64,000 bases of DNA, from assembly GCA_050952935.1 (NCBI GenBank), contig JBMNLS010000002.1:646988-710987 (forward strand). The letters run 5' to 3'. The translations under genes and the position numbers were made by a program. Every line of letters starts with the position of its first letter. Within the stretch, counting starts at the first letter, position 1. Source of the DNA: Christensenellales bacterium. GTDB lineage: Bacteria; Bacillota; Clostridia; Christensenellales; Aristaeellaceae. Under the pieces are notes generated by a model. It did no database searches, was not told the origin of the DNA, and saw nothing but the letters and a program-made list of their open reading frames with translations. Of the stretch, positions 47,108 to 54,433 are shown in pieces.

Positions 47108-48292
47108 CTATATTGCCAATGCTTCATCAAGTTTGTCAGCAGCTTCCGTATCTCGGGATTTCAGAGCATGGGCATAGACGTTTAGAGTTGTTGAGGTATC
47201 AGCATGACCTAGTCGCTGGGAAACGGTTCTAATGTCCACTCCTTCAGCAATCATCATTGTCGCGTTGTAATGACGCAGTGAATGTAAAGAAACCTTAGGC
47301 AATCCATTTGTAATGAGAAAATTCTTGAACCATCCTGATATTGTATCCGGGTACATGGGCGATCCATTCCAAGCAGTAAAGAGTCTGTCAGAATCAATCC
47401 ATTGATCACCAAGCTCTGATCTGATCTTATTTTGCCAACAGCGATATTCTTGAAGCATTTCACATGCATTTCTGCTCAGCGTAAACTTTCGCCTACCTGA
47501 TATGGTCTTCGGATCCTTCGTTATGATTGTTTTGTTCCCAACATATTGCGAAGTCCTGACAATTTTCATTTGGCGAGTCTCAAAATCTATATCTTTCCAT
47601 TCCAGCCCCATTAATTCTCCACGTCGCAATCCGGTATATAGGAGTAACATTATCATCGTACGATACTGAATTGGGGAGTCGTTCAGAAGAACTATCATTT
47701 GCCTGATCTGCGATTCATTAAGTATTTTGGTTTCCTTATGTTCCAATTTTGGTGGATCAGCCTGATTGGCGACATTATTTTCAACTAGCTGCCATTTTAC
47801 AGCATAGGACAGAATATTAGAAATGAGTCGATGGTGCTCCAAGATTGTTTTGGAAGACAAGGTAGCACCTTTTATTGGTTTACCTCGAAAATCATGTTTG
47901 ATTCCTTCTTCCTTCAGATTGCTATAGAAGCTGTTCAGATGTAGCGGTTTGATGTTTTTTAGCTTCTTGTGACCAATTGCCTTATTAATTCTTTTTAGGA
48001 GATATTCATAGCTGGTTACAGTTTTCGGAGCTAACTTCTGCTTTGCGTATTCATTCATCCATTTTTGCGACAACATTTCAAAGCTCATATTGCCATCATA
48101 ATAATTACCACTTTTTACCTCCTGTTCAAACAGGACCTTTTGTCGCTCCAGTTCTTTTTCTATTTGTCTTTGTGTCATTCCCTCAGGTGGTGTCCACGTC
48201 ATAGATTTATCAATCCGCTGTGCTTTACTGTTTAACCCACAAAATACCCTGATTTGATAACTGCCGTTCTTACGTTTTCTTACAGATGCCAT
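47108..48292 (-). CDS. int: Tyrosine recombinase / site-specific integrase
   Basis: N-terminal SAM-like domain (RKRKNGSYQIRVF...), catalytic-domain motifs TGLRRGEL, HSLRHYNAT and LGHADTSTTLNVYAH (R-H-R-Y set). Confidence 0.9.
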   Translation of the reverse strand: MASVRKRKNGSYQIRVFCGLNSKAQRIDKSMTWTPPEGMTQRQIEKELERQKVLFEQEVKSGNYYDGNMSFEMLSQKWMNEYAKQKLAPKTVTSYEYLLKRINKAIGHKKLKNIKPLHLNSFYSNLKEEGIKHDFRGKPIKGATLSSKTILEHHRLISNILSYAVKWQLVENNVANQADPPKLEHKETKILNESQIRQMIVLLNDSPIQYRTMIMLLLYTGLRRGELMGLEWKDIDFETRQMKIVRTSQYVGNKTIITKDPKTISGRRKFTLSRNACEMLQEYRCWQNKIRSELGDQWIDSDRLFTAWNGSPMYPDTISGWFKNFLITNGLPKVSLHSLRHYNATMMIAEGVDIRTVSQRLGHADTSTTLNVYAHALKSRDTEAADKLDEALAI

Positions 48293-48520
48293 TGTGTCCT
48301 CCTTAACCATTTGTGTAGTAAAGTTTTGATAGTTAACTCCCCCTAACTAATTTATTGACTTCTTTTTGCTTCTTTAGTCAATTTAGAAGAGTTTGATAGT
48401 TTTTTATTGCTTTTCATGATGTTTTCCTTCTCCATCAATATAGAAGAGGGCTTGCCAGGACTCCAAGCAAGCCCCCTAACTATATGAATTTCCATTTGTA
48501 AAGAAATTCCTCCTAATCCA

Positions 48521-48760
48521 TTAGGCAATTCTCCTAATGATCCCAATAGTCTCAGTTTCATCTGAATCAGGATGATTGTTACCCGTCTGTAGGTATTGAA
48601 GTAGTTGGTCATAATCGATGAGCGTCTTTCGACCTATCCGAACTGCCGGAATATCACCGGTTTTAACGATTCTACGCAAAGCACAAAGGGTGATGGCTGT
48701 TTCAGGGTCATCCTGCTTCAACTGTTTGAATGCTTCCTGGATTATTCGCAGTCTTGCCAT
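48521..48760 (-). CDS. xis: Excisionase-family / MerR-like HTH DNA-binding protein
   Basis: ITLCALRRIVKTGDIPAVRIGRKTLIDYDQLLQYL is a typical excisionase HTH; lies directly upstream of int. Confidence 0.7.
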   Translation of the reverse strand: MARLRIIQEAFKQLKQDDPETAITLCALRRIVKTGDIPAVRIGRKTLIDYDQLLQYLQTGNNHPDSDETETIGIIRRIA

Positions 48761-49035
48761 TGGTCATTTCCTCCTTCCGAACTGATACATTCAAGATAAT
48801 CATCAAGAGTTTGTAGTCGGGTACCAAATCTCTCGGATTCATGTAAATAATACTCTTCGTCAATGTGAATCTCCTCAAGCGGGAAGCACCGGGAACTTAT
48901 GTATTTGGTTCCTACTGCGATCCCGACTACTTTATTATCACTGAATGTGAAGTGAATGATGCAGCCTTTGTATACCTGTCCGGTCACATTACACATACTC
49001 GTAACGTTTTCCTTACCAATAATTTTAATAATCAT
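48742..49035 (-). CDS. Small protein of unknown function, paralog of 49052-49297
   Basis: MIIKIIGKENVTSMCNVTGQVYKGCIIHFTFSDNKVVGIAVGTKY aligns by eye with the neighbouring ORF; overlaps the xis start. Confidence 0.55.
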   Translation of the reverse strand: MIIKIIGKENVTSMCNVTGQVYKGCIIHFTFSDNKVVGIAVGTKYISSRCFPLEEIHIDEEYYLHESERFGTRLQTLDDYLECISSEGGNDQWQDCE

Positions 49036-49051
49036 AATATCATTCCTTTCA

Positions 49052-49297
49052 TTAATTCGCGTTTTCAATGGGTGCAAGCTTTATCACAAAGTTATTGAAC
49101 TCTTCAAGCTCATATTGGTTTCCAACAATTATCTGGTTTGGTGAGCGATAATTGGCACCAACCCATTTTGTTGCTACTGCTTTACCTTCGACACTCTTAT
49201 CTTCATAGGTGAAGTGAATGACGCAATCGGTAACCCTTTGCCCTGTTTTCTTGTTCAGCCTAGAAGTAAGACGTTTACCAATAATTTGAATTTTCAT
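49052..49297 (-). CDS. Small protein of unknown function, paralog of 48742-49035
   Basis: MKIQIIGKRLTSRLNKKTGQRVTDCVIHFTYEDKSVEGKAVATKW; TAATG overlap with the rep stop. Confidence 0.55.
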   Translation of the reverse strand: MKIQIIGKRLTSRLNKKTGQRVTDCVIHFTYEDKSVEGKAVATKWVGANYRSPNQIIVGNQYELEEFNNFVIKLAPIENAN

Positions 49298-50268
49298 TAT
49301 TTTTTCTCCTTATAATTTGTATTATCGTCAGAGATTCCAACCACAGATGGCAGAATTTCACTTGATTTTGTTCGATTGCTGTTGAACTGTTGGTATAGCA
49401 CAGCATTGAGTTCCTGAATGTTTCCCAGCTCATCTTCAGTCACAATTTGCTTTGTAGAAGTGTAGACTTCCCTGGAATTACCTACCAGCTTCATAGCCTC
49501 ACCATAGGGCATTTTCTTTGCCTTGGGCCTGATTATGCCTTTTGAGCAGGAATAGAATCTGAAGTTGGGTGGGTAGAATTTGAACCGAGCACCCTTGACT
49601 ATTGCCTTCCATCCATTAGGATTTTGTTCTGGACATTCTGCATTTTCGAAGGCATCATAGTCAGTGAACATTGCAGAAAAGTAAGCACCGATATTATCTG
49701 AAGATGGCATCTCGCTTACATGGATCAATCCTAATCCCCATAGATCACGCAAATGATCGTAGTCAACATACAGTAACTTACCATTCATCAGCTTTACCAG
49801 GAGATGGATGTGCCAGCGGCCAGCATTTTGTGGTTCAAGGATCCTGATATACTCACAGCCTGGATAGTGATATGTAAATCTTGACCAGAATCGTGAGAAA
49901 TCCTTAGCTACTTTGGTGTAGTCTTGTTCGTTATAGTTGTAAGTTAGTGTGATGTGCAGTTCTGATTGATGGTCACCAATAAAATTTGCATTGATAACTC
50001 TACGAAGGTCAGAGAATGTCTTTCGTAGTCCTTGATGGTTATTAAGCCTTTTTGAAGACTTTTTGTATGTGATAATCTCACCGGTTTTAAGATTGACACA
50101 CCTATCCTTATCCAGACGCCTGTAATTTGAGATAACAGGAGATGGAGGTATTTTAACTGTAATAATCTCGTTGATATTACCTGATGAGATAACCTTACAC
50201 ATATGGTTACTAGAAACAGTAAAAGTTTTACCCTTTAGGTTCTTAATAGTTACATTCTTCTTTTCCAT
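49297..50268 (-). CDS. HUH-type rolling-circle replication initiator-like protein
   Basis: Motif I-like LHITLTY, HUH motif WHIHLLV, Tyr-containing NIGAYFSAMFTDY; AAGGAG RBS before ATG 50268. Confidence 0.6.
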   Translation of the reverse strand: MEKKNVTIKNLKGKTFTVSSNHMCKVISSGNINEIITVKIPPSPVISNYRRLDKDRCVNLKTGEIITYKKSSKRLNNHQGLRKTFSDLRRVINANFIGDHQSELHITLTYNYNEQDYTKVAKDFSRFWSRFTYHYPGCEYIRILEPQNAGRWHIHLLVKLMNGKLLYVDYDHLRDLWGLGLIHVSEMPSSDNIGAYFSAMFTDYDAFENAECPEQNPNGWKAIVKGARFKFYPPNFRFYSCSKGIIRPKAKKMPYGEAMKLVGNSREVYTSTKQIVTEDELGNIQELNAVLYQQFNSNRTKSSEILPSVVGISDDNTNYKEKK

Positions 50269-50852
50269 TAAACTCACTCCTTAGAAATTTCTGTTATTAA
50301 AGTTCTCTCCGTTCATATTGGATGATGCCGAAATAATCTTTCGAAAATTAAAGCGGCAATAATCAAGAATAATAAGAAGGAATAACTTTTTTGATGGTTA
50401 TGTCTCATCCTGATTTTGTATGCAGGTTTGTTGAGACTCGATACAGTTTCGGCGATGCTTCACATAGTGAGACGGGCTTTTTAAATTTCCTTCTGTTCAA
50501 CCCTCTCTTTAGTGACTTGCTGTTTCTAAACTTCCATGTTACTACCTCCTAATGTTTTGTCTTTCAGCTGCTAGACACTAGTAATAACGATTTTGCTCTC
50601 AAAAAACAGCCGTTTTTTTAATGTTTTTTGGTAATAAATTTTTTAGGCATAGGAAATATGTTGATATGACTGGATATTTGATAGTTGTTGAATATTAGAT
50701 ATGATAAAAAATTCGGTCGTTGTAAACGTAGAAAACCTAGTGGCAAGTTGATTCTTTAAAAAATCAAGATTGCTTCTTCTGACCAATTGGTAATGGCTGA
50801 ATATGTCCTAGAACATTGTATTATCATCAATTTTCACTCATTTTCACCTAAT

Positions 50853-50874
50853 CGGAGGCCCAACGGAGGCCCAA
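50853..50874 (+). repeat. Tandem 11-bp repeat cggaggcccaa x2 in the tRNA-proximal arm
   Basis: Read directly; a related motif occurs at 28879-28903. Confidence 0.8.
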
Positions 50875-50942
50875 ATGTTCAATTGACGTAAAAAAGAGAT
50901 AAATAAAAAAGCCCCTAAACGCGGTGATTAAAGGCTTTCTGA

Positions 50943-50988
50943 TGGTCGAGGTGACAGGATTTGAACCTGCGACCTTTTGGTCCCGAAC
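50943..50988 (-). repeat. attR-type direct repeat (inside the intact tRNA-Pro)
   Basis: 46/46 identity with 28717-28762. Confidence 0.9.
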
Positions 50989-51019
50989 CAAACGCGCTAC
51001 CAAACTGCGCTACACCTCG
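50943..51019 (-). tRNA. tRNA-Pro (anticodon CGG)
   Basis: Hand-folded cloverleaf: acceptor CGAGGTG/CACCTCG, D stem GCGC/GCGC, anticodon stem TTTGG/CCAAA with loop TTCGGGA, T arm GCAGG-TTCAAAT-CCTGT, encoded CCA. Confidence 0.9.
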
Positions 51020-51020
51020 A

Positions 51021-51096
51021 TGGAGCCAATAAAGGGACTCGAACCCTTGACCTGCGGTTTACGAAACCGCTGCTCTACCAGCTGAGCTATATTGGC
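51021..51096 (-). tRNA. tRNA-Thr (anticodon CGT)
   Basis: Acceptor GCCAATA/TATTGGC, anticodon loop TTCGTAA, T arm AAGGG-TTCGAGT-CCCTT, discriminator T, encoded CCA. Confidence 0.9.
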
Positions 51097-51117
51097 ATAC
51101 CCTAACGGGCAAGGCGT

Positions 51118-51146
51118 ATTGTAGCACAGCAAGGGGGAAGCGTCAA
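51118..51146 (-). promoter_or_regulatory. Promoter of the tRNA-Thr/tRNA-Pro pair
   Basis: Minus strand TTGACG, 17 nt spacer, TACAAT, about 20 nt before the tRNA-Thr 5' end. Confidence 0.6.
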
Positions 51147-51227
51147 ACAAAAACGGCATAGAAATCCATGTGGCGCCTTTTAATCCGGAACAGGCTGATT
51201 TGATGGGTGTTTTCCTGTCACGCTTCA

Positions 51228-51256
51228 TTGACAATGAGGCGCTGGGTTTGTATGAT
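51228..51256 (+). promoter_or_regulatory. Sigma-A-type promoter for the cyclophilin gene
   Basis: TTGACA, 17 nt spacer, TATGAT. Confidence 0.55.
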
Positions 51257-51289
51257 TTGGCTATCATTATTAATGTTTGGAGGCATCAC

Positions 51290-51814
51290 ATGACACAAGG
51301 CGTTCATCCCACTTTTGTGATCACCATGGAAGACGGGCGGGAGATGGCGGGCGAGCTGTATCCGGAATATGCCCCGCAAAGCGTGGCCAATTTCATCGCG
51401 CTGGCCAACCAAGGCTTTTACGATGGGCTGATTTTCCACCGGGTGATTCCCGGCTTCATGATCCAGGGCGGTTGCCCCACGGGCACCGGCATGGGCGGCC
51501 CCAGCTACCGCATCAAGGGTGAGTTTTCCCAAAACGGCATCAACAATCCGCTGAGGCACAGCCGCGGGGTGCTCAGCATGGCGCGCAGCATGCACAAGGA
51601 TTCCGCCGGCTCCCAGTTTTTTATCATGGTGGCGGATGCTCCCCATCTGGACGGCGCTTACGGGGCCTTTGGCAAAGTCACCAGCGGGCTTGATAAGGCG
51701 GATGATATTGTGTCTGCCAAGCGTGACCGCAACGATAAGCCCCTCACTCCCCAAACCATCAAAACCATCCGGGTTGATGCTCTGGGCCAGGACTGGCCGT
51801 TTGAGAGGATGTGA
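51290..51814 (+). CDS. ppiB: Peptidyl-prolyl cis-trans isomerase, cyclophilin type
   Basis: YDGLIFHRVIPGFMIQGG and SAGSQFFI motifs. Start at MTQGVH follows a GGAGG RBS. Confidence 0.9.
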   Translation: MTQGVHPTFVITMEDGREMAGELYPEYAPQSVANFIALANQGFYDGLIFHRVIPGFMIQGGCPTGTGMGGPSYRIKGEFSQNGINNPLRHSRGVLSMARSMHKDSAGSQFFIMVADAPHLDGAYGAFGKVTSGLDKADDIVSAKRDRNDKPLTPQTIKTIRVDALGQDWPFERM

Positions 51815-51819
51815 TAGGG

Positions 51820-52086
51820 ATGGAGAAGGAACCCATTGTGGTGAACATTGACGGCAAGCGGTATATTTTGCCCGCCCAGGAAGACAGGGAGCATATCCAG
51901 CGAATCGCTGACCTGACTGACCGGCGCATCCGGGAAACCAGGGTTGCCAACCCTGCCCTCAGCCGGGAAGAGGCGGCGGTATCGGCGGCGCTTTCCATTG
52001 CCGATGAGCTGGTCAGGGCCAACCATGAGCTGCTCCGCTTGCGCAAACAACGGGGCAAGCAGCCAGGCGCCAGTGAAAAAAACTGA
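51820..52086 (+). CDS. zapA: Cell division protein ZapA
   Basis: Small coiled-coil protein VVNIDGKRYILPAQEDREHIQRIADL... typical of ZapA. Confidence 0.65.
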   Translation: MEKEPIVVNIDGKRYILPAQEDREHIQRIADLTDRRIRETRVANPALSREEAAVSAALSIADELVRANHELLRLRKQRGKQPGASEKN

Positions 52087-54409
52087 GCTGCTGGCACCGG
52101 CCGGCAACCTTGAAAGCCTGCGGGCCGCCATCGCGGCGGGCGCAGACGCGGTTTATGTGGGCGCTTCAGCTTTTTCTGCGCGCGCCCAGGCCGGCTTTGA
52201 CGGGGCGGCGCTGGAAGAAGCCATTGCGCTTGCGCACCTGCACGGCAGGCGGGTATATGTGGCTGTCAACACCCTGATCAAGCAGCGGGAATGGCCCGAG
52301 CTGCTGGAGTTGTTAAAACAGCTGGACAAACTCAGGCCCGATGCCATTTTAGTGCAGGATGTGGGGGTGCTCAGGCAAATCAAGGAATCGTTGCCCCAGA
52401 TGCAGCTTCATGCCAGCACCCAGATGGCGGTTCACAATGCGCTGGGAGCCCAATGGCTGCTGAAAGCAGGCATCAGCCGGGTGGTGGTGGCCAGGGAATG
52501 CAGCCTGGATGAGATACGCCGGATAGCGGACACAGGCATTGAGGCGGAGGTCTTTGTCCATGGCGCGCTGTGTGTCAGCGTCAGCGGTCAATGCCTGCTC
52601 TCCTCCCAGATTGGGGGGCGCAGCGGCAACAGGGGACGCTGCGCTCAGCCATGCAGACTGCCCTATCGCTACAAAGATCAGGATGGCGCGCTGCTCTCCA
52701 TGCGGGATTTGAACACCTTGGAGGGGATCCCTCAGATGCTTGCAGCCGGGGTCAGCAGTTTTAAGATCGAGGGCAGATTGAAGCGGCCAGAGTATATCAC
52801 CGAGGTTGTATCCATCTATCGCCATGCGCTGGATCTGGCCTTGGCGGGTAAGCCTTTGGAAAACACCGCACAATATCAGGAACGCCTGGCGCAGGTTTTT
52901 AACCGGGGCAATTTTTCCAAAGGGCATCTTTTTGGCGCTCAGGATGCTTCGCTCATTGGCCGGGAACGGGTATCCCACGAAGGGCTTCCCATTGGCCGCA
53001 TCATAAAAGCCAGGCGGCATAAGGACATTGTGCTGGCGGAATGTACCCTCATAAAGCAGCTGAACAATGGCGATGGCCTGCAAATCAGGGATCAAAACGA
53101 TCAGGAAATTATCTATTCGGGCAGGGATGTGCCGGCGGGGGAAGTCGCGACCCTCAGGCTCAGGGAAATGCCCCGGGGCGGTGAAGCAGTTTATCGCCTG
53201 GCGGATGAGGCGCAGCTGTCAAGCGCCCGGGCCCGGGCGGGCATCATGCCGGCCATATCTTTTGATGCGGAATTGGCGCTGACGGAAGGGCGGCCTGCCA
53301 GGCTCAGGCTGACGACGGATGAGGGCATATCGGCCGCGGTCACAGGCGATGTCCCCGCTCCGGCAAAAAACCAGCCATTGAATGAAGTCACGGTAGCGTC
53401 CTATATCGGGAAAACCGGCGGCACCCCCTTTTCACTAAAACGGCTTATGGTTACAAGCACAGCGCCACTTTTTATGCCGGCTGCCAGCCTTAACCAGCTT
53501 CGCCGGGACGGGTTAACAGCCTTGGAGGAAGCGATTCTGCAAGGCTATCAAACCCTTCCGGCCAGGCCCTGGGCGCTGAAAGAGACCGAGGACGATGCTG
53601 ATCAGGCGCAGGAACCCAGGCTGTACGCTGTTGTGCGCGATGCTGAGACATACCAGGCTTTGAAACAAGCCCGTCTGTGCAGGCTGATTTACGCCCCCAG
53701 TGACTTCCGCCTGGGGAAGCTAAGGGAAACCCTGGCGCTGCTTGATCGGGAGGACATCGTTGCCCTGCCGCCGCAAATGCGGGATGAAGCCATGGGTGAG
53801 GCCTTTGATTTGATCGACAGGGCGGGGCATGTGATGATGCTAAGCAACATCAGCCAGCTTGCGCTGCCCCACAGGCGGGCATTTATCGCGGGTGACGGGA
53901 TCCCAGTTTGGAACAACCGGGCTGCCTTTGTGTTAAGACAGCAGGGTGCCAGGGCGATCTGCCTTTCCAGGGAGCTGGCGGAAGGGGAGATAATTGATCT
54001 TGATAAAATCATGGCCGAATGGATTTTGCCCGTGTATGGACGGTCCCGGGTGATGCTGCTCAACCACTGCCCCGAGCGTGTGAGGCGCGGTTTAACCGCA
54101 AACCGCGCAGGATGCGGGCTGTGTGACCGGGGGGAAGGGCTTCGCGGGCAGGCGCTGGCCGACCGTTATCAGGCGGCATATCCGCTTCATCCGGTTCATT
54201 TTCCGGAGGGTTGCCTGATCGAGATGTATCACCATAGCCCCATCAACCTGCTTGATCGGGCGCCCAGAATGTCCTGGCTGATGGATTTTGTCAATGAAAT
54301 GCCTGAGGAGGCGCTGAACGTTGCTCAAATCTATCATGATCTGATGGTGGGGAAATCGCCTCTTATTACCCCGCCCGCATTAGGCCGCTTTGCTGAAGGC
54401 GTCTTGTAA
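52073..54409 (+). CDS. U32 family peptidase (collagenase-like)
   Basis: ELLAPAGNLESLRAAIAAGADAVYVG and EVFVHGALCVSVSGQCLLS motifs. Start uncertain (GTG 52073 or ATG 52025); the track start 51944 overlaps zapA and is unlikely. Confidence 0.8.
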   Translation: MKKTELLAPAGNLESLRAAIAAGADAVYVGASAFSARAQAGFDGAALEEAIALAHLHGRRVYVAVNTLIKQREWPELLELLKQLDKLRPDAILVQDVGVLRQIKESLPQMQLHASTQMAVHNALGAQWLLKAGISRVVVARECSLDEIRRIADTGIEAEVFVHGALCVSVSGQCLLSSQIGGRSGNRGRCAQPCRLPYRYKDQDGALLSMRDLNTLEGIPQMLAAGVSSFKIEGRLKRPEYITEVVSIYRHALDLALAGKPLENTAQYQERLAQVFNRGNFSKGHLFGAQDASLIGRERVSHEGLPIGRIIKARRHKDIVLAECTLIKQLNNGDGLQIRDQNDQEIIYSGRDVPAGEVATLRLREMPRGGEAVYRLADEAQLSSARARAGIMPAISFDAELALTEGRPARLRLTTDEGISAAVTGDVPAPAKNQPLNEVTVASYIGKTGGTPFSLKRLMVTSTAPLFMPAASLNQLRRDGLTALEEAILQGYQTLPARPWALKETEDDADQAQEPRLYAVVRDAETYQALKQARLCRLIYAPSDFRLGKLRETLALLDREDIVALPPQMRDEAMGEAFDLIDRAGHVMMLSNISQLALPHRRAFIAGDGIPVWNNRAAFVLRQQGARAICLSRELAEGEIIDLDKIMAEWILPVYGRSRVMLLNHCPERVRRGLTANRAGCGLCDRGEGLRGQALADRYQAAYPLHPVHFPEGCLIEMYHHSPINLLDRAPRMSWLMDFVNEMPEEALNVAQIYHDLMVGKSPLITPPALGRFAEGVL

Positions 54410-54433
54410 TTATCCTTAAATTGGAGCATATAT

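Larger units (their letters stand above)
28717..50988. mobile_element. tRNA-Pro-integrated genomic island (int, xis, HUH rep; metabolic cargo)
   Basis: Perfect 46-nt direct repeats, AT-rich interior, tyrosine recombinase module next to the intact tRNA. Confidence 0.8.

Noticed and set aside
48352-48612. 86-aa minus-strand ORF between xis and int.
   Set aside because: It overlaps the 3' third of the better-supported excisionase ORF in another frame, has no RBS, and has low-complexity basic composition.
50853-50874. Tandem 11-bp repeats considered as a minimal CRISPR or iteron array.
   Set aside because: There are only two directly abutting units with no spacers, so it is not CRISPR-like. It is retained only as a candidate recombinase or Rep binding site.
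51944-52072. N-terminal extension of the U32 peptidase ORF (track start 51944).
   Set aside because: The extension overlaps almost all of zapA in another frame and is Arg/Ser-rich. The conserved U32 N-terminus (ELLAPAGN) begins right after GTG 52073.
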